Source of the DNA: an uncultured Thermoleophilia bacterium
GTDB lineage: Bacteria > Actinomycetota > Thermoleophilia > UBA2241
Length of the DNA: 64,000 nt
Reading direction: 5' to 3'
Assembly (NCBI GenBank): GCA_963715985.1
Contig: CAVQSP010000020.1
Location: 96,001-160,000 of the forward strand
The stretch's first letter is position 1. Each line of letters opens with the position of its first letter. Shown here piece after piece: positions 9,269-18,542 of this stretch. Under the pieces are notes generated by a model, which saw only the letters and a list, made by a program, of their open reading frames with translations, made no database searches and was not told where the DNA came from. The position numbers and the translations under genes are program-made.

Positions 9269-10358
9269 CTAGTCCTCGTCCTCGATCGCCAGGCCGAGCG
9301 CGATGGCCAGCCGCGGCGACATCGCCTGCAGGTCCGGCTCCGCCCATTGCGTCTTGTTCTCCGTGATGTGCTGCAGAGGGTTGCCGAGCTCGACCGCAAG
9401 GTGAAGCGCCTGCGTGAGGTACCCGGATACGTTGCGCGTGAGCGCGCCCTCGCCACTGAGGAGCACGCGGGAGATGGACCCCTCGTTCTCCTGGGAGTGG
9501 TAGTAGTCGATGGAACGACGGATCTCGTCGGCAAAGGCCTCGGCCGCAACGTCCAGGACCTCATGGATCTCCGCGACCGTGGTGGCCTCGTAGTCGCCCG
9601 CCGGCGGATCGCCGCCGGACAGGCCTACATTTATGCGCAGCGCCTCGGCCTCGTGCGCCTCGATCCCACGGTTGGACATCAGGGCCTCGACCAGCGTCTC
9701 GTAGCCGAGATTGATGACGCGCGTGAACTGCGGCAGACCGCTCACGGCCACGACAAGGTTCGTGATGCCCGACCCGATGTTGACGATGGCTGCGCCCTCG
9801 GCACCCTGAACCGCGCCTTGGTCGACGAAGGCGACGCGTGGCGCAACGGCGCGCATGAGGGCAAAGGCCTGAAGGTCGATGCCCTCCATCATGAGACCAG
9901 CCTTCTTCGCCACCTCGGTGAACTGGCGGATCATGTCACGCTGGGCGGCGACGATGAGGACCCTCTGGCGAGGGCCGCCGTCTTCCGAGGGGACATGTCG
10001 CCAGCACCTGGAAGTCGAGGACCGCGTCCTGAAGCGGGATCGGGATGGCCTCCTGCGCCTGGAACTCGATGGCGGCGCGAAGCTCCTTGGTGTCGATCAC
10101 CGGGAACTCCATGGTGCGCACGACGATCTTCTGGTTGGCGACACCGAGAGAGAAGCGCTTGCCGGTGAAGCCGCTCTCCTTCCAGAAGGCCTTGAGCTCT
10201 GCGGCGAGCGAGTCGCTGTCGAGCACCTCGCCCTCGAAGACGAGGCCCTCACGCATGGCGCGTACGTTGACGTGCGTGAGAGTACTGCCCTTCACCTGTG
10301 CGCCGGCAAGGGAGTTCTGCTCCAAGTCTATGCCCACGCGCACACCACTGCTGGCCAT
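9269..10358 (-). CDS. pilM: Type IV pilus assembly protein PilM (frameshift near 9990, likely sequencing error)
   Basis: VGIDL, EAIPIP..DAVLDF, IVNIGSG, EIRRSIDYY, LSGEG, ALGLA across two ORFs. Confidence 0.9.
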
Positions 10359-10396
10359 GCTCGCCCCTCCGCCTGCCTTGACGCCCTCTAGCCGCG

Positions 10397-10424
10397 TTGT
10401 CGGCAGTCTTGCCGGTTACCTTTA
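10397..10424 (-). promoter_or_regulatory. Sigma28 (FliA/WhiG)-type promoter of pilM
   Basis: TAAA-N16-GCCGACAA. Confidence 0.7.
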
Positions 10425-10535
10425 GGAGCGAGGTTCGACAAGACTGCCGCCGGCCCCTGCCCCACGGGTCGACCCTTAGTCTATTCATCCTTCATGCCGC
10501 AGGTACAGACCCACTTTCGTCAGCTCGGTCGGCGG

Positions 10536-11690
10536 TCACCGGCCGACGGCCAGTACGACGGACCGCGAGAGGCCGGGGAGCTGCCTGCGGCGCCAATCGA
10601 TGGGCGTGTGGAGCGTAAGCGGTGCGTCGACCGTGAGGTGCGCCGCGAACAGGTGCCCCGCGATAGACGACGGCCCCGCGACCTCGAGATGACCACAGAC
10701 GACGAGGGCACCCTCGAGGGACGCGCCCACGTCTGGGGCGCCCAGGACGGCGTCGCCTTCCAGAACGACGACCACCGGGCACGCAGAGGCGGGACGCTCG
10801 CCCTCGACTCGGACCGGCACCCCCGCGCCTGCCGGCACGACGATAGCGAAGCCCTCGGCGGTGGACGCCTCGTCCCCAGCCGGCGGGGCGGGAGGCAGTC
10901 GGGCGAGGTCGAGCACACCACCGGTGAGCGCACCCCCCGGGGAGAGCGCTATCTCGAGCAGTCCGGCGAGCACGGCCGGGTCTGGTGGCGCTGTGAGCGC
11001 CTCGACCGGGCCGGCGCCCGTGTGGACGTCCGTGTCGGCGGCGTACACGGGGTCGCCTGGAGCGACGGCGTGGACCTCTTCGCCGGCCGCCCAGATGCCT
11101 CCCAGGGCGTGAGCGCCTGCGGCCGGCCAGACATCGCCGTGTACGCCGTCTGGGGGACCGGCGCCCAGGCCGTCTCCGACGGGGCCGGCGAACGTGAGCC
11201 ACTCGCGGCCGCGGATGCTGCCGCCGCTGTAGAGCCCACCACCGGTGACGCCTACAGGAGCGGTGAGTTCGATGTCGTGGGCGACGACGAGCCCCTGGGC
11301 GGCGGTCTCGGCACGGAGTTCGAGGACTACGTTCAACCGGCGGGCGGCAACGGGAGTCGTCGCCGAGAGCGTGAGGTGCACCTGAGGCCACGCCGCGGCG
11401 TTCGTGGTCGTCTCCGGGGCGCAGACGACCCGCCACGCCGAGGCAGCGATACCGTCGCCGCCATCGAGACTCCAGGCGAGGTGCTGCGGCCGTCTCCACA
11501 GTTCGAGGCCGGCGCGGTCCACAGCTCTGCTCACCACCTGGTCGGCGATCGCACCGGAACGGTCGGCACCGACGACCCCCTGCGTGGCGCTGACAGCCGC
11601 CACGCAGGCGGACGCGAACACGGCGGCCAGGACTGTGACCACGAGCGCGGCGAGGAGCGCGTACCCCTCCTGCAAGTGCCCCGTGCTCAC
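10536..11690 (-). CDS. PilX-like minor pilin / large prepilin-type protein
   Basis: QEGYALLAALVVTVL: prepilin-like cleavage site without Glu5, last gene of minor pilin run. Confidence 0.55.
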   Translation of the reverse strand: MSTGHLQEGYALLAALVVTVLAAVFASACVAAVSATQGVVGADRSGAIADQVVSRAVDRAGLELWRRPQHLAWSLDGGDGIAASAWRVVCAPETTTNAAAWPQVHLTLSATTPVAARRLNVVLELRAETAAQGLVVAHDIELTAPVGVTGGGLYSGGSIRGREWLTFAGPVGDGLGAGPPDGVHGDVWPAAGAHALGGIWAAGEEVHAVAPGDPVYAADTDVHTGAGPVEALTAPPDPAVLAGLLEIALSPGGALTGGVLDLARLPPAPPAGDEASTAEGFAIVVPAGAGVPVRVEGERPASACPVVVVLEGDAVLGAPDVGASLEGALVVCGHLEVAGPSSIAGHLFAAHLTVDAPLTLHTPIDWRRRQLPGLSRSVVLAVGR

Positions 11691-12292
11691 GCCGGCCCCG
11701 GCACCGCTTCGAGCGTCGCACTGGACCTCCCGTCTCCGTCCCGCGTGCGCAGGCTCACGGACACGCGTGCGACAGATGTGGCCCAGGAGCTCGCGGCGAA
11801 GTCGCCGCTCAGGAGCTGTGTCCCGTCGGCGTGGAAGTAGCACACGGAGAACGCGTCCACGCGATCCGCGAGGTATGTTCCCGGCGCTTTGCGCCACACG
11901 ACCCGGCGCGAGGCGTCCCAGACTATGGCCACCGTCTCTGATGGCTCACCCGGGTGGTCGTGGCGGAGATACAGCGCCGTTGCGGGCGCCCGCCCTTCCA
12001 CCGGCGCGAGCACTGCCGTAGCCTGGGCCAGGTCGTCACGGATGATCCTGAGAGCGAAGGCCGCCGACGTGTGCGCCTGGGCCCGCGTCGCCTGCGCGTG
12101 CGCAGTGACCCCCGCGTTCCACACCCACGGCCACGCCGCCCCGAGCGCTGTCGCCGCGACGCAGGTGGCCACCAGAAGCTCGACGAGCGTGACACCGGCG
12201 GCCCGCCGCAGCGGCCGGCGCACGCTCCGCGCGGGGCCAAGGAAGCGGATCGGATGCGTCGGCGGCTCAGCTGGCATGGGCGTGACCTCCAA
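11687..12292 (-). CDS. PilW-like minor pilin
   Basis: AAGVTLVELLVATCV prepilin motif; true start may be ATG near 12277. Confidence 0.7.
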   Translation of the reverse strand: MEVTPMPAEPPTHPIRFLGPARSVRRPLRRAAGVTLVELLVATCVAATALGAAWPWVWNAGVTAHAQATRAQAHTSAAFALRIIRDDLAQATAVLAPVEGRAPATALYLRHDHPGEPSETVAIVWDASRRVVWRKAPGTYLADRVDAFSVCYFHADGTQLLSGDFAASSWATSVARVSVSLRTRDGDGRSSATLEAVPGPA

Positions 12293-12854
12293 GGGCCATA
12301 CAGGCAGATCGGCTGCCCGGGCGCAGCGCGCACACGACCAGGTCCTGGGACATCACCAGCCCGTGCGGGCCGTCGGCTTCGAGGTGGACGCTGAGGACCG
12401 TCGCCGGAGGACGGCCGTCGTTCCACACCGCCCACCCCTGCACATCGGCGGCCGGCAATGGCTCGAGTCCGCCCGTGGACGGTCTCTCGAAGTGGGCAGT
12501 GCGCGTGAGCCTAAGGCCGCCCGCAACGCCCCGGGTGATGAATGCGCCAGTGTCCGTGTCGTACGAGGCGTCGTCGGTATCGAGCCACGACTGAGCGTGC
12601 GGAAAGACTTCGGACGCGAGAGACGGCGGCCCCTGGCCCGGGCCCGCTGACTGCCGGAAGAAGGGCAGCGCCCGCAGCCGCGCGCTCTCGGCGTCAAGCG
12701 CCTCGACTGCCCCCCGGCGAGCCGCGATGCCCGCCTCCGCCTTGAGGCTGCCGTGGAGGACAGCCGTCACCGCAAGACAACTGAGCGCGAGGACCGCGAC
12801 CGCCACGACGGCCTCGATGAGCGAAAAGCCCCGCAGGCGCTGGGTCATCCGCAT
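12267..12854 (-). CDS. PilV-like minor pilin
   Basis: MRMTQRLRGFSLIEAVVAVAVLA prepilin motif. Confidence 0.72.
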   Translation of the reverse strand: MRMTQRLRGFSLIEAVVAVAVLALSCLAVTAVLHGSLKAEAGIAARRGAVEALDAESARLRALPFFRQSAGPGQGPPSLASEVFPHAQSWLDTDDASYDTDTGAFITRGVAGGLRLTRTAHFERPSTGGLEPLPAADVQGWAVWNDGRPPATVLSVHLEADGPHGLVMSQDLVVCALRPGSRSACMALGGHAHAS

Positions 12855-13288
12855 CGCACGCACCCACCGAGCTGCACGGTGACGGTACGACCCGCGTTGC
12901 CGTCGGCCACGGTGAAGTGGCCGGCCCGCGGGCTGGTGCCCCCGGCCACGGACGGCAGGCCCGAGGCGCCGAACTGGACGGTGCCGTCCGGATAGTTGCC
13001 GCTCACGGCGGCGCCGAGATCGCCGCGGGCGACGACCCGCTCCGGCGTACCCACGCCGACCACGACGTAGCCGCCGCCGGCTTCGACGGTGACCTTGAAC
13101 GGCACGCCCGACACCTGCGCCCGCGCCTGAGCCGTTCGCAACACCGAGGCTAGACGGCGGCCTGCGTCGTGAGCGCGGAAGGTGCCCTGCACCGCGACCA
13201 CGCCCGGCACCGCGACAGCGGAGAGGATGCCGGCGACCGCGAGAACGACGACGAGCTCCATGAGCGTCATCCCTCTCTGTCTGCCCAC
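12845..13288 (-). CDS. FimT/FimU (GspH-like) minor pilin
   Basis: QRGMTLMELVVVLAVAGIL, L...L..AQ..A helix, VQF...G, GGCVR C-terminus. Confidence 0.8.
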   Translation of the reverse strand: MGRQRGMTLMELVVVLAVAGILSAVAVPGVVAVQGTFRAHDAGRRLASVLRTAQARAQVSGVPFKVTVEAGGGYVVVGVGTPERVVARGDLGAAVSGNYPDGTVQFGASGLPSVAGGTSPRAGHFTVADGNAGRTVTVQLGGCVRCG

Positions 13289-13428
13289 GTGTCACCTCCC
13301 GGATGCCGCGCCGCACGACCTCTGGCCTCGCGCCGCGTTTCCACTTCGACCGGGACGAGCGTAGCGCCGGGACCGACGCGGAGGGAGGGTGACACGCGCG
13401 GCGGCGTGGTGACGTTGCCGCGCCGCCT

Positions 13429-14205
13429 TCAGTACCCCTGCGTCACCAGACCGAGGTAGGCATCGATGAGAGGGGCGCCGTAGAACAGCGCGACCACCGC
13501 GCCGGCGGCCAGGAACGGGCCGAACGGGATGGCCGTCTTGCCGCCGCCGCGGCGCGCCGCGATGATGGCGATGCCGATCACCGCGCCGGCGATGAACCCG
13601 ATGAACATGGCGGGGACGACCGCCGCCCCGAGGTAGATGCCCATGCACAGGGCGAGTTTGACGTCGCCGAAGCCCATGCCCTCGTGATGGCGGAGCCGGA
13701 AGTAGACCTCACTCACGAGAAGGAGGAACCCGGCCGCTCCGGCGCCCGCCACCGGATACTGCCACCAGGGCGCGTCGCCGAGCACGATCATGAGTGGCAG
13801 ACCGATCGCCGCGACCGGCAGGATGACGACGTCCGGGATGATCTGCTTCTCGATGTCCACCTGACTCACCAGCACCAGCGCCGAGACGAAGAGCAGGTGA
13901 GGTACGAGCAGCCACGACAGCCCGTCGGCGAGGACGACGGCCACGAACAGCAGCGCCGTGACCGCCTCGCCGGCGGGATACCGCCAGCTGATCGGGGCCG
14001 CGCAGTCGCGACAGCGGCCCCGCAGGACCAGCCAGCTCACGACGGGGATGTTGTCGTAGCCGCGTATCTGGTGGCCGCACCGAGGACAGTGTGAACGCCC
14101 GGACGTGATCCGCTCGCCGTGCACCAGGCGGTACGCCCAGGCGTTGAGGAAGCTGCCGATGATGAGGCCGTAGCAGACGGCGAGGACGATCAGGAAGGCC
14201 TGCAC
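13429..14205 (-). CDS. pilD: Prepilin peptidase/N-methyltransferase (A24)
   Basis: GSFLN, SHCPRC, DNIPVVSW..LRGRCRDC, GMGFGDVKL, IPFGPFL; GTG 14205. Confidence 0.95.
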   Translation of the reverse strand: MQAFLIVLAVCYGLIIGSFLNAWAYRLVHGERITSGRSHCPRCGHQIRGYDNIPVVSWLVLRGRCRDCAAPISWRYPAGEAVTALLFVAVVLADGLSWLLVPHLLFVSALVLVSQVDIEKQIIPDVVILPVAAIGLPLMIVLGDAPWWQYPVAGAGAAGFLLLVSEVYFRLRHHEGMGFGDVKLALCMGIYLGAAVVPAMFIGFIAGAVIGIAIIAARRGGGKTAIPFGPFLAAGAVVALFYGAPLIDAYLGLVTQGY

Positions 14206-14215
14206 GCCCGCCTCA

Positions 14216-14962
14216 TCACTTGTACCCCTTGAAGAGCTCGGCGATGAGGGCGTCGAACTCGGTCCTTGGGCATCGTGCCGTACAGCGGCGCGACGCGCCT
14301 TCATCCGCGCGCCCTTGTCCTCGGGGAGCAGCTTGTCCAGCTCCGTGACGGCCCGCGCGCGCACGTACTTGTCGCCGCCCATGTATGCCTGACCCCACAT
14401 GACGATCGCCTTCTCCTGGTCTCCCCCCTTGGCGGCGAGCACGGCGGCCAGCCTCGGCAGGTATGCAGGGCTGCCGGGGATGGCCGCCGCCTTCTCGTAC
14501 CAGCTCGAGGCGACGAGATCCTTGTCCTGGCCCGCACCGTACCTGTAGGCGAAGAAGCCGAGGTACGCCGGGAAGTGCCAGTCGCCGGGGTTCTCCTGGT
14601 AACCCGCGTTTCAGAACCTGGTAGCCAAGCTCCGGGTGCCCGGCGTCGATGAGCGCGAAGGCGCCGAACAGGTACGCCCGCGTGAAGTGCGGGCTGAGGC
14701 GCGTGACGAGGTCCACCATCTGCGGCAGCGCGTCCAGACGCCCATCGCCCTTGATGTGCTCTCCGTAGTACTGGACCATCTGCAGGTAGTACATGTCCGC
14801 CACGGTGGTGCGGAAGCTTGGAGAGAAGTCGAGGAAGAACCGCGGAGACGGCACGAACACGCGCGGGTCTGCCGGCGCCTGGGCCGGCCGGGTGGCCTGG
14901 TAGGCCACGACGCCGGCCGCACACAGGAGCACCGCCACCACCGCAGCCACGCGCCGCACCAC
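14216..14962 (-). CDS. Membrane-anchored TPR-like protein of pilin ABC module (PilG/XapA-like); compensating frameshifts
   Basis: N-terminal TM, ADMYYLQMVQYYG, helical repeats; middle segment reads in another frame. Confidence 0.5.
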   Translation of the reverse strand: MVRRVAAVVAVLLCAAGVVAYQATRPAQAPADPRVFVPSPRFFLDFSPSFRTTVADMYYLQMVQYYGEHIKGDGRLDALPQMVDLVTRLSPHFTRAYLFGAFALIDAGHPELGYQVLKRGLPGEPRRLALPGVPRLLRLQVRCGPGQGSRRLELVREGGGHPRQPCIPAEAGRRARRQGGRPGEGDRHVGSGIHGRRQVRARAGRHGAGQAAPRGQGRADEGASRRCTARCPRTEFDALIAELFKGYK

Positions 14963-14964
14963 GC

Positions 14965-15729
14965 TCAGAACTCCTTGCGCCTGAAGATGAGCGCGCCGAG
15001 GGCCAGCACCACCACGACGTAGGCAAGCAGGTACGCGGTCCAGAGGCCGATCTCACCCCAGGAGAGCGTCTGCTCGCCCACCACGCCGGCCTTGACGTCG
15101 ACGGCCGAGAGGTTGGGGATCACCACGTACACCACCCAGGAGAACGCCTGGGTGACGGGGTTCTTGCCGAGCCGCGTGAGCGAGAGGACGTTCTGGCTGA
15201 GCTGCCCGGCCACGAACACGCAGATGCCGAGTACGCTGGCGAGGATCGCCGAGCTCAGGGTGGAGAAGAAGATCGTCACCGCCATGATGGCGAGCAGCTG
15301 TACGTAGATCATGACCGTGGCGACGAGGACCATCCAGGACGGGCTGCCGTCGATCACGAGCACGATGACGAAGAGGAAGAGCCCCATGCCTGCCAGCACG
15401 ACGGCCATGGTGCCGCACAGGCCGATGAACTTGCCGGCGATGAACGACGCGCGGCTCACCGGCTTGGAGAAGAGCACGAACACCGTGCGCTTCTCGACCT
15501 CCTTGTGGACCAGGCTGGCGGCCACGAAGACCGCCACGATGAGCCCGAAGAACGTGACGGCGGTCAGGCCGAAGTCCTTCATCATGCGGCCCTGCTGGCC
15601 GAGACTGATGCTTCCGAGCCACAGGCCACCGGCGATCATGATCAGAGCAAACACGACAATCACGCCGAGAATCCGGTCGCGGATCGTCTCCTTGAAGGTG
15701 TTGGTGGCGATGGCCAGCAGCTGGTTCAC
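14965..15729 (-). CDS. ABC transporter permease (PilI-like)
   Basis: IATNTFKETIRDR, EVEKRTVFVLFSKPVSR..FIAGKF, FRRKEF end. Confidence 0.85.
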   Translation of the reverse strand: MNQLLAIATNTFKETIRDRILGVIVVFALIMIAGGLWLGSISLGQQGRMMKDFGLTAVTFFGLIVAVFVAASLVHKEVEKRTVFVLFSKPVSRASFIAGKFIGLCGTMAVVLAGMGLFLFVIVLVIDGSPSWMVLVATVMIYVQLLAIMAVTIFFSTLSSAILASVLGICVFVAGQLSQNVLSLTRLGKNPVTQAFSWVVYVVIPNLSAVDVKAGVVGEQTLSWGEIGLWTAYLLAYVVVVLALGALIFRRKEF

Positions 15730-16445
15730 GCCGTGACCACCTTGATGAAGAAGTCCTCAAGCGTCGGAGCCTGGTCGAGCGCCTCTGCCACCGGACCCTG
15801 CCACGCCACCCGGCCCTCGCACATGATCGCGATGCGCGTGCACAGCTCGCCCACGTCGCTGAGGATGTGCGAGTTGAAGAGCACCGTCTTGCCGCGCTCG
15901 TGCAGGTCCTCGATGATGCGCTTTACCTCGACGCGGCCCACCGGGTCGAGCCCGGTCATGGGCTCATCGAGGAGGACAAGCTCGGGGTCGTTGACGAGGG
16001 CCTGGGCGATGCCGACGCGCTGCAGCATGCCTTTGGAGTACTTGCGCAGGTGCGTGTCGGCGGCCTTCTGCAGGCCGACCTGGTCCAGGAGCAGCTCCAC
16101 GCGCCGGCGCCGCTCGTCGTGGTCCAGCGCGAAGAGACGCGCACACAGGCCCAGGAACTCGCGCCCGGAGAGGTAGTCGTAGAAGTACGGGTTCTCCGGG
16201 AGATAGCCCACATGAGTCAGCCCCGGCACGCCGAGGGCCACAGTGCCCGAGGTCGGCCGCATCAAGCCCAGTACGACCTTGATGGTGGTCGTCTTGCCGG
16301 CGCCGTTGGGCCCGAGCAGGCCATAGACGTCGTTGGGGCCGACCTCGAGGTCGACCCCGTTGAGGATATCGACGCGCTGACGGTGGAAGCCGACGTGCAC
16401 CGTCTTGCGCAGTCCGTCGATGCGGACGGCCGCCTCCGCCGTCAC
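15726..16445 (-). CDS. ABC transporter ATP-binding protein (PilH-like)
   Basis: GPNGAGKTT, YSKGMLQR signature, LLDEPMTGLDP, NSHILSD. Confidence 0.9.
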   Translation of the reverse strand: MTAEAAVRIDGLRKTVHVGFHRQRVDILNGVDLEVGPNDVYGLLGPNGAGKTTTIKVVLGLMRPTSGTVALGVPGLTHVGYLPENPYFYDYLSGREFLGLCARLFALDHDERRRRVELLLDQVGLQKAADTHLRKYSKGMLQRVGIAQALVNDPELVLLDEPMTGLDPVGRVEVKRIIEDLHERGKTVLFNSHILSDVGELCTRIAIMCEGRVAWQGPVAEALDQAPTLEDFFIKVVTA

Positions 16446-16458
16446 CCCTCGCCCCCGG

Positions 16459-16881
16459 TCATGGCACCGTCATGATGCCGCCGGTCTTGCCCCACCCCAC
16501 CAGGGTGAAGCCGGTGCCCCCGCCCGTCTGCGTGTAGTTGTAGTCGCCTCTCGTCGCGGTCGACCACGTGTCCGCCTGAGCCATGTCGGCATTCGTCCAC
16601 GGGTTCTGCGGCCAGTTGTCCACGTAGCTCACTCCCGAGGGATCGACCATCAAGGCTCTGCTGACACCGCCCGTGGCTGGGTAGCTGTCGGTGTTGTCCA
16701 CGGCGTAGCTGGCGATGCCGAGCTCGATGTTGTGGACGCCTCCCTTGACCGCGGACTCCTTGGCCTTGTCACGCTGGCCGATGAACATCGGGATCGCGAT
16801 CGCGGCAAGGATGCCGATGATGATGATCACGATCAAGAGCTCAATGAGCGTGAAACCGCCGACGCGCCGGATGGTTCTCAT
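16459..16881 (-). CDS. Type IV pilin, copy 1
   Basis: GGFTLIELLIVIIIIGILAAIAIP; WP.NPWT motif; intact frame. Confidence 0.9.
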   Translation of the reverse strand: MRTIRRVGGFTLIELLIVIIIIGILAAIAIPMFIGQRDKAKESAVKGGVHNIELGIASYAVDNTDSYPATGGVSRALMVDPSGVSYVDNWPQNPWTNADMAQADTWSTATRGDYNYTQTGGGTGFTLVGWGKTGGIMTVP

Positions 16882-16936
16882 GCCATCTCTCCCTCGGCGA
16901 GACCACAGCTGCCGGGGCCATGTCGGAACGACGATC

Positions 16937-17009
16937 GGCGGCAGCACAGCCGGCTCCTGAGCCCTGGTGCTTTGCGCCCCACCCTCGCAAGTGGTTTGCC
17001 CTGAACGCC
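16937..17009 (-). ncRNA. c-di-GMP-I (GEMM) riboswitch upstream of pilin 1
   Basis: Minus strand GGCG-TTCA-GGGCAAACCACTTGCGAGGGTGGGGCGCAAAGC...GCTGCCGCC: GGCAAACC/GCGA loop/CGCAAAGC core and P1 pairing. Confidence 0.9.
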
Positions 17010-17192
17010 TTCACTTCCACTCTTCCCAAGTTGCGGTTCGCCAAGACAGTGGATACCTCCCGAAAGACAGACGACATCCTCGCATCTGCCGGGACATCCC
17101 AGGCCCTTCACGACCGATGACGAGAAAGGCCGGGGCGGCCTGCTGACGCAGGCCCCCCCGGCCGTGTCGCCCGTCGCGATGTGACGATCGGA

Positions 17193-17609
17193 TCACGGCA
17201 CGGTGATGACGCGCCCCGCTCTTGCCCCAGCCGGTCAGCGAGAAGGCGGTCGTGCCGCCGCCGGTGTAGTGCGTACTGACCCTTGTCCAAGCGTTCCGGC
17301 CTCAGCCATGCCGACGTTGGTCCACGGGTTCGTGCGGCCAGTTGTCCACGTAGAGCGCGAGACCGGCGGAGGACACGTTGCCAAACTCGGCTGCGCGTAC
17401 CCGTCGGGTACGGTGTCGTTGTAGTCGACCGCGTAGCTCTGGATGCCGATCTGGATGCTGTGCACGCCTTCCTTGACCGCCGATTCCTTGGCCTTGTCGC
17501 GCTGGCCGAGGAACATGGGGATCGCGATCGCGGCGAGGATGCCGATGATGATGATCACGATCAGGAGCTCGATGAGGGTGAAACCCCTCGTGCTGCGGAA
17601 ACGCTTCAT
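17193..17609 (-). CDS. Type IV pilin, copy 2 (frameshifts in 3' half)
   Basis: MKRFRSTRGFTLIELLIV...; C-terminal FSLTGWGKS..VITVP* found in another frame. Confidence 0.85.
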
Positions 17610-17693
17610 GCTGCTCTCTCCTCTCTCCTAAGTGACTGGCGAGGGGTCTGCTCTTGGTCTTGCACCCGATGCCCGAGGGCACCGTACCTCCCC

Positions 17694-17739
17694 AATAAAA
17701 ACGCCTGCGGCGCTCCGATCCTTCGGGCGCACCACAGGC
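17694..17739 (-). terminator. Intrinsic terminator in pilin 2 leader (riboswitch expression platform)
   Basis: GCCTGTGGTGC...GCGCCGCAGGC followed by GTTTTTATT. Confidence 0.8.
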
Positions 17740-17759
17740 TGCCGGGTGACTAGTTCGTT

Positions 17760-17832
17760 GGCGGCAGCCCAGCCGACTCAGTGAGTCCTGTGGCTTTGCG
17801 CCCCACCCTCGCAAGTGGTTTGCCTTAGCGCC
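17760..17832 (-). ncRNA. c-di-GMP-I (GEMM) riboswitch upstream of pilin 2
   Basis: GGCG-CTAA-GGCAAACCACTTGCGAGGGTGGGGCGCAAAGCCACAGGACTCACTGAGTCGGCTGGGCTGCCGCC. Confidence 0.92.
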
Positions 17833-18022
17833 TCTTGTCCCTATGGTGCCTCCTTCTCTCGAATCTAGACGGTGACTTCGACGTGACTCGTGTCGTACTG
17901 CCGCACCGCAACGATCGCGAGACGCGTCGCGTCACCCGCTCCCGCACCGACTGCTGAGCTACCTGCGCGCGCCCAACGACCCCGGCAACGACAGCGAGTG
18001 CCCACAGCGGCCACGGACTCGC

Positions 18023-18429
18023 TCACGGCACGGTGATGATCGCCGCCGCGCTCTTACCACAGCCGGTCAGCGAGAAGCCGGTCGATGTCGACGCCGGTGT
18101 AGTGGTGCTGTCGCCTCTGCCAAGCGCCGGCCTCGCCATGCCGACGTTGGTCCACGGGTTCTGGGCCAGTTGTCGACGTAGAGCGCGTGACCGGCGGAGG
18201 ACCTTGCCTGACGCTCGGCGTTAGGCGGGTACGTGTCGTTGTAGTCGACCGCGTAGCTCTGGACGCCGATCTGGATGCTGTGCACGCCTTCCTTGACAGC
18301 CGATTCCTTGGCCTTGTCGCGCTGGCCGAGGAACATGGGGATCGCGATCGCGGCGAGGATGCCGATGATGATGATCACGATCAGGAGCTCGATGAGGGTG
18401 AAACCCCTCGTGCTGCGGAAACGCTTCAT
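18023..18429 (-). CDS. Type IV pilin, copy 3 (frameshifts in 3' half)
   Basis: 5' ~190 nt nearly identical to copy 2; ends FSLTGCGKSAAAIITVP*. Confidence 0.85.
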
Positions 18430-18542
18430 GCGCTTGTCCTCCATCTCTCGTGTGCCCCTGGCACCTTGACTCCCGCGTCGTGCGGCATTCGAGGTCCCGC
18501 ACCAGAATGCTGCAGCGTATCGCCCCGCGCGCTCCGACTGCA

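Noticed and set aside
16937-17832. Repeated 33-nt sequence as CRISPR repeat or recombination site
   Set aside because: Only two copies, both explained as GEMM aptamer cores; no cas or recombinase nearby
16937-17832. cGAMP-selective (GEMM-Ib) riboswitch
   Set aside because: Both have GGCAAA (G at the discriminator position), not the A-variant
16459-18429. Geobacter-type short conductive e-pilins
   Set aside because: Pilins are ~130 aa with a globular domain, not truncated ~60-aa forms
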